Shown here: piece after piece, positions 36,253 to 46,051 of the stretch | Layout of the letters: the number at the start of each line of letters is the position of its first letter | How positions within the stretch are numbered: position 1 is the stretch's first letter | Assembly: GCA_043812195.1 (NCBI GenBank) | Contig: JBDRML010000029.1 | Coordinates: 14,212 to 78,211, forward strand | Reading direction: 5' to 3' | From: Candidatus Woesearchaeota archaeon | Lineage (GTDB): Archaea; Nanobdellota; Nanobdellia; SCGC-AAA011-G17; PNOQ01 | DNA length: 64,000 nt | Notes under the pieces: model-generated | What the model saw: only the letters and a program-made list of their open reading frames with translations | Told to the model about the DNA's origin: nothing | Database searches by the model: none | Made by a program: the position numbers and the translations under genes

Positions 36253-38829
36253 ATGAAAGAAGAACATGTAACAAAAAAGATAGATTCAATTGATTTTGAA
36301 GTACTATCACCATCTGAAATTAAAAAAATAGCTGTAGCTAAAGTTGTTACTCCAGAACTTTATGATAGAGAAGGTTATCCAGTAGATGGTGGATTAATGG
36401 ATATTAGAATGGGAGTTATCGACCCAGGTCTAAGATGTAAAACCTGTGGAGGAAAATTAAAAGAATGTATAGGCCATTTTGGATTTATAGATTTAGCAAG
36501 ACCAGTTTATCATATTAAATACATAAGTCACATTTTAACACTATTAAGATCAACATGTAATTCTTGTGGAAAAATTTTAGCTTCTAAAGAAAAGATAGAT
36601 GAACACTTAAAACTAAAAAAAATTCTAAGGAGAACTAAGAAAACAAGAGAATATAATAGAGAAATCAAACTATTTATCGATAGTATAAAAGGAACTAAAA
36701 AATGTCCACACTGTTTGATAAAACAAAAGAAAATAATGCTAGAAAAACCATCAACATTTCTAGAAGACAGCAAGAAAATCACACCAACACAAGTAAGAGC
36801 AAGATTAGAAAAGATTCAAAATGAAGACTTAATAATCTTAAATATTAATCCAAAAGCATTCAGACCAGAATGGGTTGTATTAAATTTACTTCCAGTTCCA
36901 CCAGTAACAATCAGACCAAGTATCACACTAGAAAGTGGAGAAAGAAGTGAAGATGATCTAACTCACAAATTAAGTGATATAGTAAGAATCAACCAAAGAC
37001 TATTTGAAAATATAAATGCTGGGGCACCAGAAATAATTATAGAAGACCTTTGGGATCTATTACAATATCACATAACAACATTCTTTGATAATGATATATC
37101 ACAATTACCAACTGCAAGACATAGGTCAGGACAACCCCTAAAAACAATAACAGAAAGAATAAAAAGTAAAGAAGGAAGATTTAGACACAATCTAGCAGGT
37201 AAAAGAGTAAACTTCTCATCAAGAGCTGTTATTAGTCCAGATCCTAAAATAAAATTCAATGAAGTTGGTATTCCATTAGAAGTTGCAAAAGAACTTACAA
37301 TTCCAGAAAAGGTTACAGAATGGAATTTAGAATGGTTGACAGAACTTGTTAAGAAAGCTCCAGAAGAATATCCAACTGCAAACTATGTAATAAGACCAGA
37401 TGGAAAAAAGAAAAGAATTACAGATGAAACTAAAGAAGCACTTTTAGAAGAATTAGAACCCGGATATATAGTTGAAAGGCATATTATAGATGGTGACATT
37501 TCAATTTTCAACAGACAGCCAAGTCTTCACAGAATGAGTATTATGTGTCATAGAATTAAAGTTTTACCTGGTAAAAGTTTCAGATTAAATCCAGCAGTAT
37601 GTACTCCTTATAACGCAGATTTCGATGGTGATGAAATGAATCTACACATCCCACAAACAGAAGAAGCAAGAGCAGAAGCAAAAATATTAATGAGTGTCCA
37701 ATATCATATTATTACTCCTAAAAATGGATTAAACGTAATTGGTTCAATTGAAGATGCAGTTTCAGGAACTTATCTATTAACTAAAGAATTAGAATTTTCA
37801 AAACAAGAAGCCATTGCTTTACTAATATCTGCAGGAATCTCAAATAGAGAAGTTATGAATAAATTCAGTAATAATGTATCTGGCAAAGAAATATTCAGTG
37901 CACTTTTACCTAATGATTTCAATTTCATAGCACAATCAAAAGATGGAAGCCCAGTTAAAATTAAAAATGGTAGATTAATAGAAGGTATAATAGACAAAGC
38001 CACAATAGGTGAAGATAACGGTTCTTTAATAAGAGCAATATATGCAAAGTATAATGAAGATGTTGGTATTGAATTATTAAGTAAAATTTTAAAATTAGGA
38101 ATTGCAGTTTTACTAAAAACTGGATTTACAACAGGAATCTCAGACAGTGATATTCCAGAACATATTAAGAAAAAAAACAAAGAACTAATTCAAGAAGCAA
38201 GAGATAAAGTAGACCAATTAATAATCCAATATAATAATGGAAAATTAGAAACCTTGCCTGGAAATACTCTAACAGAAACATTAGAAATAAAAATTTCTGA
38301 AGTTCTGAACAAAGTAAGAGATAAAATAAGCAATCATGTTGCACAAACTATAGACAAAAGCAATCACACAATAATTATGGCAGAATCAGGAGCAAAAGGT
38401 AGCTTACTAAACCTAGCTATGATGGCTGCTTGTGTAGGCCAGCAAGCCATAGGTGGAAGAAGAATAAGAGAAGGTTACAATAAAAGAACATTATCAATGT
38501 TTAAGAAAAATGAATTGAGCCCAGAGTCTGGTGGATTTGTAGAAGTTGGATATAAACAAGGTCTAAATCCTTCAGGATATTTTTTCAGTGCTATGACTGG
38601 TAGGGATGGATTAATGGATACTGCTTTAAGAACTCCAAAATCTGGATACTTTTATAGAAGAATGTCTAGTGCTCTACAAGATCTAAAAATAGAGTACGAT
38701 CAAACCGTAAGAGATGCAGAAAAGAGAATAGTACAATTCAAATATGGAGAAGATGGAATAGATGTTTCAAAGAGTGACGGTGGTACAATCAACGTTAAAA
38801 AAATCATAAAGCAAATAAGAGGAAAATAA
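36253..38829 (+). CDS. rpoA1: RNA polymerase subunit A' (Rpo1N)
   Basis: Zn motif CKTCGG..KECIGHFG and the catalytic NADFDGDEMNLH. Confidence 0.93.
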   Translation: MKEEHVTKKIDSIDFEVLSPSEIKKIAVAKVVTPELYDREGYPVDGGLMDIRMGVIDPGLRCKTCGGKLKECIGHFGFIDLARPVYHIKYISHILTLLRSTCNSCGKILASKEKIDEHLKLKKILRRTKKTREYNREIKLFIDSIKGTKKCPHCLIKQKKIMLEKPSTFLEDSKKITPTQVRARLEKIQNEDLIILNINPKAFRPEWVVLNLLPVPPVTIRPSITLESGERSEDDLTHKLSDIVRINQRLFENINAGAPEIIIEDLWDLLQYHITTFFDNDISQLPTARHRSGQPLKTITERIKSKEGRFRHNLAGKRVNFSSRAVISPDPKIKFNEVGIPLEVAKELTIPEKVTEWNLEWLTELVKKAPEEYPTANYVIRPDGKKKRITDETKEALLEELEPGYIVERHIIDGDISIFNRQPSLHRMSIMCHRIKVLPGKSFRLNPAVCTPYNADFDGDEMNLHIPQTEEARAEAKILMSVQYHIITPKNGLNVIGSIEDAVSGTYLLTKELEFSKQEAIALLISAGISNREVMNKFSNNVSGKEIFSALLPNDFNFIAQSKDGSPVKIKNGRLIEGIIDKATIGEDNGSLIRAIYAKYNEDVGIELLSKILKLGIAVLLKTGFTTGISDSDIPEHIKKKNKELIQEARDKVDQLIIQYNNGKLETLPGNTLTETLEIKISEVLNKVRDKISNHVAQTIDKSNHTIIMAESGAKGSLLNLAMMAACVGQQAIGGRRIREGYNKRTLSMFKKNELSPESGGFVEVGYKQGLNPSGYFFSAMTGRDGLMDTALRTPKSGYFYRRMSSALQDLKIEYDQTVRDAEKRIVQFKYGEDGIDVSKSDGGTINVKKIIKQIRGK

Positions 38830-38830
38830 A

Positions 38831-39985
38831 ATGGCAAATATATTCGAAAAAAACAAAGAAAATTTACCAAGCGCAATCTTAGATAATATAAAGAAAGAAA
38901 GCGAAGAACAAAAACTATCCCAATCAGAATTATCAAAATTAATAGATCAATCAATTGAAGAATATAGAGAAGCATTAATTAGCCCCGGAGAAGCAATTGG
39001 AATTATAACAGCAGAAAGCATTGGTGAACCAAGTACCCAAATGGCCCTGGATGTATTCCATCTTGCAGGAGTTGCAGAAGTACAAGTTACAAGAGGCCTG
39101 CCAAGACTTATAGAAATCTTTGATGCTAGGAAAGAAACAAGCACACCATCCATGACTATAGCAATAAAACCAGAATATACAAAAGACGAAAAAACAATAA
39201 AAAGAGTTGCTTCGCACATAAAAGAAATGACACTAAAAGAAATAACAGAAGAATTCGCAATCAACGCATTAAAGGGATGTATAGAAGTAACACTAGACAA
39301 TTCAAAGATGAAATTATTTGGTTTTACAATTAAACAAGTAGCAGATACACTAAAAGAAAACTTAAAAACATTAAACATAAAAGAAACTAAAAAAGGTTTG
39401 ATAATAGAACCCCCATCAGAAAATCAAAATATTATAGAATTATATAAAGTAAAAGTAAAAGTAAAAGATTCAAAAATAAGAGGAATAGAAGGGATTACAC
39501 AAGTATTGCCAATTAAAAAATTAGGAAAATATATAATTTTATGTGCTGGTTCAAATTTAAAAGAAGTTCTTAATATGAAAGAAGTAGATGCAAAAAATAC
39601 TACTACAAATAATATTTTCGAAATATCTAAAGTATTAGGTATAGAAGCTGCAAGGCAAGCAATAATAAATGAAGCCGTAGCTGTTCTAGAACATCAAGGA
39701 TTAGATATTGATATAAGACATATGATGCTTTTAGCAGACATAATGACACACACAGGAGCAATTAAAGGGGTAACAAGAGGAGGAATTACAGGAGAAAAGC
39801 AAAGTGTTTTTGCAAGAGCAAGTTTTGAAACTCCAATCGATCAATTTATAAAAGCAAGTATGGAAGGAGAAAGAGACCATCTAAGAAGTGTTATTGAAAA
39901 CGTTATTGTCAATCAACCAATCCCATTGGGTACAGGATTACCTGGTTTAGTAACAAAAATGAAAAAGAAAGGCGCAAAAAAATGA
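38831..39985 (+). CDS. rpoA2: RNA polymerase subunit A'' (Rpo1C)
   Basis: GEAIGIITAESIGEPSTQMAL and the trigger-loop region. It immediately follows A'. Confidence 0.9.
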   Translation: MANIFEKNKENLPSAILDNIKKESEEQKLSQSELSKLIDQSIEEYREALISPGEAIGIITAESIGEPSTQMALDVFHLAGVAEVQVTRGLPRLIEIFDARKETSTPSMTIAIKPEYTKDEKTIKRVASHIKEMTLKEITEEFAINALKGCIEVTLDNSKMKLFGFTIKQVADTLKENLKTLNIKETKKGLIIEPPSENQNIIELYKVKVKVKDSKIRGIEGITQVLPIKKLGKYIILCAGSNLKEVLNMKEVDAKNTTTNNIFEISKVLGIEAARQAIINEAVAVLEHQGLDIDIRHMMLLADIMTHTGAIKGVTRGGITGEKQSVFARASFETPIDQFIKASMEGERDHLRSVIENVIVNQPIPLGTGLPGLVTKMKKKGAKK

Positions 39986-40236
39986 CAATAAAAGAATTAA
40001 AAGCAGCAATAAAGGAAAATAAAGTAATCATGGGAACTGAAAGAACAATAAAAGACATTAAAAGGGGAAAGCCAAAAGAAGTCTTCATAGCAAAAAATTG
40101 TCAAGAAGATTTAAAAAAGCAGATCAAACACTATTGCAAGTTATCAAAGATAACATTGACAGAACTAGATGAAACAAATGAAGAACTAGGAACTTTATGT
40201 AAAAAACCTTTTTCTATAAATATGTGCTATTGTTAA
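39982..40236 (+). CDS. rpl30e: Ribosomal protein eL30
   Basis: VIMGTERTIKDIKRGKPKEVFIAKNC, in the conserved position between rpoA'' and nusA. Confidence 0.75.
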   Translation: MTIKELKAAIKENKVIMGTERTIKDIKRGKPKEVFIAKNCQEDLKKQIKHYCKLSKITLTELDETNEELGTLCKKPFSINMCYC

Positions 40237-40237
40237 A

Positions 40238-40648
40238 ATGAAATATGATTTAGAAACAATTCAATTCATAAATCTTTTTGAGAAAAAAACTCAGACTAAT
40301 GTTAAAGATTGCTTTTTTGAAAATGGATTATTAATTTTTATAGTAATGCCAGGTCAAGCAAGCAAAGCAGTTGGAAAACAAGGTATTAACGTTAAACAAC
40401 TAGCAAGTTTAATAAATAAAAAAATAAAAATAGTAGAATTCAATGAAAATCCTATCAGATTCATAAAAAGTTATATAGCTCCAATTACAGCAGAAGATAT
40501 AACAGCAGAAAATGATGTAATTTTTATAAAAGCAAGCTCAACTAAAGATAAAGGTATGTTAATTGGTAGAGATGCTAACAGATTAAATCATCTTAAAAAA
40601 ATAACACAAAAATACTATCCAAATGTAAAAGACATCAAGATAGTTTAA
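40238..40648 (+). CDS. nusA: Archaeal NusA-like KH-domain protein
   Basis: Two KH-like segments (GKQGINVKQL, GRDANRLNHL), in the conserved operon position. Confidence 0.8.
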   Translation: MKYDLETIQFINLFEKKTQTNVKDCFFENGLLIFIVMPGQASKAVGKQGINVKQLASLINKKIKIVEFNENPIRFIKSYIAPITAEDITAENDVIFIKASSTKDKGMLIGRDANRLNHLKKITQKYYPNVKDIKIV

Positions 40649-40683
40649 TTTATAACCAGATATTCAATAAATCAAACAAAAAC

Positions 40684-40691
40684 TTTATAAA
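40684..40691 (+). promoter_or_regulatory. TATA box for rps12-rps7
   Basis: aaaCTTTATAAAcc lies 27 nt upstream of ATG 40719. Confidence 0.55.
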
Positions 40692-40718
40692 CCGCCCTAC
40701 TTCTCGAAATCATAGAAA

Positions 40719-41156
40719 ATGGCTAAAAAAAGCAAAGGACTAAACGCTGGAAAGAAACTTCTGAAAAGGAGAAAACAATCCAGATGGCAAGATCAATATT
40801 ATATTAGAAAAAAATTAGGTCTTAAAAAGAAATCAGATCCTCTTAAAGCTAGTCCTCAAGCTAAAGCAATAGTTTTAGAAAAAGTAGAAAAAGAAGCTAA
40901 ACAACCAAATTCAGCACTGAGAAAGTGTGTAAAATGCCAATTAGTTAAAAATGCTAAGAAAGTTACAGCTTTCGTTCCAGGATATAACGCTATTAAAATG
41001 ATTGATGAACACGATGAAGTAATTATAGAATGTATCGGTGGATCAAAAGGAAGATCAAAAGGAGATATTCCTTCCATTAGATGGCAAGTTATAAAAGTTA
41101 ATGATCAAAGTCTTAATGCTTTAATAAGAGGTAAGATAGAGAAGGGTAGAAGATGA
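40719..41156 (+). CDS. rps12: Ribosomal protein uS12
   Basis: [24 protein letters not shown]...IDEHDEV. Confidence 0.93.
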   Translation: MAKKSKGLNAGKKLLKRRKQSRWQDQYYIRKKLGLKKKSDPLKASPQAKAIVLEKVEKEAKQPNSALRKCVKCQLVKNAKKVTAFVPGYNAIKMIDEHDEVIIECIGGSKGRSKGDIPSIRWQVIKVNDQSLNALIRGKIEKGRR

Positions 41157-41752
41157 TAAAATTATTCGACAAATGGGATATTTCAGGTATAAAAGTAAAA
41201 GAAATAGCTCTAGAACCCTACATAAATCTTACACCAGTTTTAGTTCCAAGAACTGCAGGTAGAGCAGCTCAAGGTCAGAGAATCTGGATACAGAAAAATA
41301 ACATTGTTGAAAGATTAATAAATAAATTAATGGTTCCAGGTCATAAAGGTAAGAAACATAAAATAAGTTCTGGACATTGCTCAGGAAAAGCTTCAACAAC
41401 ATATAAAATAGCAAAAGAAGCTTTGGAAATCATAGAAAAAGAAACTAAACAAAACCCAGTAGAAGTTTTCGTAAGAGCTATAGAAAACGCAGCTCCTAGA
41501 GAAGAAGTTGCAAGTATTGAATATGGTGGAGCAAGATATTCAAAAGCAGTTGAAGTAGCTCCTCAAAGAAGAGTAGACATAACTTTAAAATTAATGGTTC
41601 AAGGTGCATATCAAAAAGCATTTAATTCTAAGAAAAAAATGGCAAGAGCTTTAGCAGAAGAAATTTTAGCTGCATATAAATTAGATCAACAGGGTAGTGC
41701 TGCATTAGGTAAGAAATTAGAACTTGAAAGACAAGCAGACTCAAGTAGATAA
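41153..41752 (+). CDS. rps7: Ribosomal protein uS7
   Basis: LINKLM..GHKGKK...A..I...A.E and the C-terminal AAP.EE. It has a 4-nt overlap with rps12. Confidence 0.93.
   Translation: MIKLFDKWDISGIKVKEIALEPYINLTPVLVPRTAGRAAQGQRIWIQKNNIVERLINKLMVPGHKGKKHKISSGHCSGKASTTYKIAKEALEIIEKETKQNPVEVFVRAIENAAPREEVASIEYGGARYSKAVEVAPQRRVDITLKLMVQGAYQKAFNSKKKMARALAEEILAAYKLDQQGSAALGKKLELERQADSSR
41714..41744. repeat. 31-bp direct repeat, copy 1 (the last codons of rps7)
   Basis: aaattagaacttgaaagacaagcagactcaa is identical to 42401..42431. Confidence 0.95.
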
Positions 41753-41754
41753 AA

Positions 41755-42020
41755 TTAATTTTTTTCTAAGAACTTATCAATATAATACATTATTTTTTCT
41801 TTCATTTTAGAATTTACTGAGATTTCTTCTCCATAATGTGTTGGTTTACTAAACAATATATTTTCTTTTTTTAATTCTTCAGCCATCGTTTTAACTCTTT
41901 TTCTAATATCTAAAGGAAATCCCTTTGGTAGATTATCTATAGATGTATGTCTATGTTTAAATTTTCCTAAACGAGTTAATTTATGTAAAACTTGCCTTTT
42001 ATTTCTTCATCTGTCCACAT
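41755..42020 (-). pseudogene. Frameshifted small ORF (MWTDEEIKGK / VLHKLTRLGKFKHRHTSIDNLPKGFPLDIRKR...)
   Basis: My translation of the minus strand gives ATG 42020 open for 14 codons. The reading then continues in another frame to TAA 41755-57. The total of 266 nt is not divisible by 3. The ORF is not in the track. Confidence 0.4.
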
Positions 42021-42071
42021 AAACAGACTTTGAATAAGTTTTATATACTTTTTTAAACTATAAAGTATACT

Positions 42072-42389
42072 ATGGAAAAATCATTATTGATAAAATTCTT
42101 AGGAGAAAACCCACTATTTGAAATTATAGATTTTTTAATAGAAAATAAGGGTATGGATGTAACTAAAAAAGATATTATTGAAGGAGCAAGTATTTCAAGA
42201 GCATCTTTATTTAAGTATTGGAATCAAATTGAAGAACAAGAAATAGTAAAGATTACAAGACAATTTGGAAAAACAAAACTTTATACTTTGAATTCAGGAA
42301 ACCCAATAGTTAAAAAATTACTTGAGTTGGAAAGTATTTTAATAGAAAAGGCTTTAAATAAGCATAAATTAGTTGAAGTTACAACTTAA
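42072..42389 (+). CDS. Small winged-helix (wHTH) DNA-binding protein
   Basis: The pattern ..EIIDFLIENKGMDVTKKDIIEGASISRASLFKYWNQIEEQEIVK.TRQFGKTKLY is typical of a wHTH fold. Confidence 0.5.
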   Translation: MEKSLLIKFLGENPLFEIIDFLIENKGMDVTKKDIIEGASISRASLFKYWNQIEEQEIVKITRQFGKTKLYTLNSGNPIVKKLLELESILIEKALNKHKLVEVTT

Positions 42390-42400
42390 AACAATATAAA

Positions 42401-42431
42401 AAATTAGAACTTGAAAGACAAGCAGACTCAA
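42401..42431. repeat. 31-bp direct repeat, copy 2 (orphan rps7 3' end)
   Basis: Identical to 41714..41744. If read in the rps7 frame it would end ..ADSTK* instead of ..ADSSR*. Confidence 0.95.
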
Positions 42432-42514
42432 CCAAGTAAGAATATATCAAAAATTATTTATTACAGAAAATTCTAAACAATAACTTATTTAAACCAATAG
42501 ACTAAAATAAATTT

Positions 42515-43909
42515 ATGAATAAAAGAGGAATTTCGCCACTGATTGCGACTGTCCTAATTATTGGTTTCACAATAGTATTAGCAGTTTTAGTAATTGTATG
42601 GTTATCTGGAGTATTTGAAGGAGAACTAGATAAATCACAATGTGGAATTAAAGGACAAGATTTTTGTGCAAGCCTTAGTGGTATCGGCGGACTATTAGAC
42701 GTGACAGCAACACAAGCAGGTACTGATGCTGCTGTTGATATAACAGCTGTTTGGGCAGGAGACATAGCAGAAGCTCCAGATCTAAGAATATCTGTAATGG
42801 ATAACACAGGAAATGTTGTTACAATAGTAAATATCGGTCCAGACACTACTGATGATGCAAATTATAATGCAAATGGAATAGCTACATACCAAATACCAAC
42901 ATTCACTGGAACAGCAGAAAATGCAAAAGTAAGAGCATTACATACCCCAGATGTTTCAGGCGTTGTATGTGAAGAAATGATGTGTACACCAATCACAGAA
43001 TCTGTAAAGCAAGGAGAAGTAGTAACTCCACCTCCAGGAGTTCCCCCAACCATAATTCACACAGCAATAACAGAAACAATGGAAGGCACAACAGATTTAA
43101 CAATTACAGCAGAAATTACAGATGATGGAACGGTTTCATCAGCTACACTTTATTATGGAGACAGATCAGGAGATCCAACTTCTCAAATTCCTATGATTCC
43201 TGTAGTAGGAGAAGAAGATGATTGGCAAACACAAACCCCAATACCCTCGGGAGAAGTATCCTATGAATATGGTCTACAATATTATATATACGCTGAAGAT
43301 GATGAAGAAAATGGAGCCAGAACAGAGGGTACATATCAAGTTAATGTTATGACAGAAGCTCAAATAACACCAATTATAGATAAAGACGTATATTGGTATA
43401 CTGGTAATAATTATGGTATTACTGACGATCCTTTAAGATTGCGTTTTGGATTTAGACTTAGTGGAAGTTTAGACTTCATATATAGATCCTTCATAGACTT
43501 TGATACATCGGGAATCCCAGAAGAAAATGAGATCAATAATATAAAACTTAAGATTTATTCACTTGAATATCATCATTTAGATCAAGGTTTATTTATCATA
43601 AGATTCTCGGACGATACAAAAGGAAATGATTACACTTCAAATCAACTACTTTATGAAGATATTGGTAACGGAGATGATTATTATGTAAATAACCCCCCAT
43701 TTTATTTTCAAAGCACAATGGACTATCCTGAAATAGATTTAGGAGGATCAGCAGTTAATGATATTGATACATTACATCCTTCTTGGTTTAGTGTTGGTCT
43801 ATTAGCATATGATGAGAGCACTATTGAAGATAATTACGGGGCTATTGCACCAATGGGGTCAGCATACCCTCCAACTTTAATAGTAAATCACTATAAATTA
43901 TTCTCTTAA
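42515..43909 (+). CDS. Archaeal type IV pilin-like protein (class III signal peptide) with a large extracellular domain
   Basis: MNKRGISPLIATVLIIGFTIVLAVLVIVW is the classic archaeal prepilin N-terminus. The 5' half is GC-richer than its surroundings. Confidence 0.65.
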   Translation: MNKRGISPLIATVLIIGFTIVLAVLVIVWLSGVFEGELDKSQCGIKGQDFCASLSGIGGLLDVTATQAGTDAAVDITAVWAGDIAEAPDLRISVMDNTGNVVTIVNIGPDTTDDANYNANGIATYQIPTFTGTAENAKVRALHTPDVSGVVCEEMMCTPITESVKQGEVVTPPPGVPPTIIHTAITETMEGTTDLTITAEITDDGTVSSATLYYGDRSGDPTSQIPMIPVVGEEDDWQTQTPIPSGEVSYEYGLQYYIYAEDDEENGARTEGTYQVNVMTEAQITPIIDKDVYWYTGNNYGITDDPLRLRFGFRLSGSLDFIYRSFIDFDTSGIPEENEINNIKLKIYSLEYHHLDQGLFIIRFSDDTKGNDYTSNQLLYEDIGNGDDYYVNNPPFYFQSTMDYPEIDLGGSAVNDIDTLHPSWFSVGLLAYDESTIEDNYGAIAPMGSAYPPTLIVNHYKLFS

Positions 43910-44481
43910 ATATATCCATAACCCAAAACTAAAAGTATCACACTAATTCCCAAAGCAACAAAATAAATAGCTTTATTCCATCTCAAAACTTTCGCACCAT
44001 CAAAATTCCATACAGGTATTAAATTAAAAGCAGCTATTAAACTATTAATAAAAAATCCAATTGTAGTAAATATATTAACAAACCCAATTAAGATAGCACC
44101 AAAAAATCCTAAAGCTAAAACAATATTCACAATAGGACCAGCAATACTTATTTTTCCATTTCTTTCAGTATCAACCCAACCTCTAATCATCACAGCTCCA
44201 GGTGCAGCAAATATAAAACCAAAAAAACTCATAGCAATAGCTAATAATAACATTTTATTAGAAGCCCTAAACTCAGCATAGCAACGATATTTTTGAGCAA
44301 CATATTTATGGGCTATTTCATGCAATAAAAATCCAATTCCCACTGTAAAAGCAGAAACCAAAAGCATAATCAAAAACCCAGAAGACATAAAATTACCATT
44401 ACTTAATAAGATACCAAAAGCTAAAGAAATCGCTATCCAAGCTCTAAATAAATGCTTTTTTTCTATATCACTAAATTTCAT
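43906..44481 (-). CDS. M50-family (site-2 protease-like) membrane metalloprotease
   Basis: HEIAHKY (HExxH) in a TM helix and NLIPVWNFDGAKV (NxxPxxxxDG). Confidence 0.8.
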   Translation of the reverse strand: MKFSDIEKKHLFRAWIAISLAFGILLSNGNFMSSGFLIMLLVSAFTVGIGFLLHEIAHKYVAQKYRCYAEFRASNKMLLLAIAMSFFGFIFAAPGAVMIRGWVDTERNGKISIAGPIVNIVLALGFFGAILIGFVNIFTTIGFFINSLIAAFNLIPVWNFDGAKVLRWNKAIYFVALGISVILLVLGYGYI

Positions 44482-44521
44482 ATTTATTCAAAACTCTGAA
44501 GCACTTATAAAACTTATTAAT

Positions 44522-44989
44522 TTAAAAAAATTCTAATACTTTCCCTGAAAAGAGATAATCATCAACAAAACCCATTTGATTTATAATCATAGTAGTCATG
44601 TTAGATGAATTTACTATATCAATTAATTTTCGCCTGTCATCTTCTCTCGCATTATCAAATCTTATTTTTCTAAAAAACTTGATCATACCATGTGCAGAAT
44701 CACAAAGTTCAATTATTAGATTGGATTCGGGAATGTATCCTTTAATATATTCCAGCAGCTTTCCTGCTTCAATTTCGTTTTTCACAAGCCTAAATGAACC
44801 GTATTCGAGAGGTACCCATTCAGCACCTTCAGCAGCACGATCTACGCTTTCAATTACACGTTGCATAGCTAAATTATATCTCCTTCTTGAATATTCATGA
44901 ATTTTATCTTTATTTAATATGCCTTCTCCGACACAACCACCACTACAAAGTCCAAAATATAATTTTAATTCAGCATATCTTTCCAACAT
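44522..44989 (-). CDS. Hypothetical protein (155 aa)
   Basis: ORF only. A CSGGC motif lies near the N-terminus. Confidence 0.4.
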   Translation of the reverse strand: MLERYAELKLYFGLCSGGCVGEGILNKDKIHEYSRRRYNLAMQRVIESVDRAAEGAEWVPLEYGSFRLVKNEIEAGKLLEYIKGYIPESNLIIELCDSAHGMIKFFRKIRFDNAREDDRRKLIDIVNSSNMTTMIINQMGFVDDYLFSGKVLEFF

Positions 44990-45154
44990 TTTACAAAAAG
45001 CAGTTTAGTTTCATTTATAAAATTTCTTAATATAATTTAAATACTATCTTTTCCTGATATTCTAGTTCTTGTGGGATTTCATATGACATTTTAGGGACCT
45101 CCACTAGATTTTAAAAAAAGTAAGTTTTAAAAATAAACTAATAAATTGGTTAAT

Positions 45155-46048
45155 ATGCATAAACTTACAAGGGGAAAAAGAATTCTATGTGTTTGCGCAG
45201 TGGGAACAAACAGAAGTAGATATCTCGCTAGTTACTTAAAAAAGAAAGGATATTCAACTAAATTCGGTGGTGTTGATTATAGAGAAGAAGGATATTATAA
45301 TCCATTAAAACAAGAGGATGTAGATTGGGCTAACACAATAATTATTACTAGAAAGAGATTGAAACCAATATTTGATAAAAAATTCAAATTTAAGAACAAA
45401 AGAGTAATTGTTTTGGATGTTACTGATTCAAAGAGGTTGATACCTGAGAAACTTGCTCATTTGAGAGATCTAGATTTTGAAACATTTCAAAAAAAGTGGA
45501 CAAGACCCCAATTAAGGAAGGCTATTAAAAAGTACTTGCAAAATACTAAGGGATATTTTATAATTTTAAGAGGTCCACTTGGAATTGGAAAAACTACAGT
45601 GGCAAAAGAGTTAGTAAAGATTTTAAAAGCTGGATATGTTTCAATAGATAAGGTTCTTGAAAAATACAAATTGGATAGGGTTAAAGGTAGCAAGGGAATA
45701 CCATTAAAAAATTTTATTAAAGGAGATAAAATAGTTATCCAGAAAGTAAAAAATAAATTAAAAAGGAGTAAGATAATAATAATTGATGGCTGCTTTTATC
45801 ATAAAGAGCAAATTAAAAATTTAATTGAAAATCTACCATTCCCTTATTATGTGTTTACTCTCAAAGCGTCCTTAAAAACTTGTATAGAAAGAGATAGGGA
45901 AAGGAAAGAAGCATATGGTATAGATGCAACTAATGCTGTCTATAAGATGGTATCAAAGTTTGACTATGGAGAAGTAATAGATACAGAAAATAAAAATGTT
46001 AATAAAACCGTAAATAAGATTCTTTCTTATTTGCCTAATGACCTATAA
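45155..46048 (+). CDS. Fusion protein: LMW phosphatase-like (CX5R) N-domain + P-loop kinase-like C-domain
   Basis: VCAVGTNRS matches C-X5-R-S, followed by the P-loop RGPLGIGKTTVAKE. I prefer ATG 45155 over TTG 45146. Confidence 0.5.
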   Translation: MHKLTRGKRILCVCAVGTNRSRYLASYLKKKGYSTKFGGVDYREEGYYNPLKQEDVDWANTIIITRKRLKPIFDKKFKFKNKRVIVLDVTDSKRLIPEKLAHLRDLDFETFQKKWTRPQLRKAIKKYLQNTKGYFIILRGPLGIGKTTVAKELVKILKAGYVSIDKVLEKYKLDRVKGSKGIPLKNFIKGDKIVIQKVKNKLKRSKIIIIDGCFYHKEQIKNLIENLPFPYYVFTLKASLKTCIERDRERKEAYGIDATNAVYKMVSKFDYGEVIDTENKNVNKTVNKILSYLPNDL

Positions 46049-46051
46049 AAG

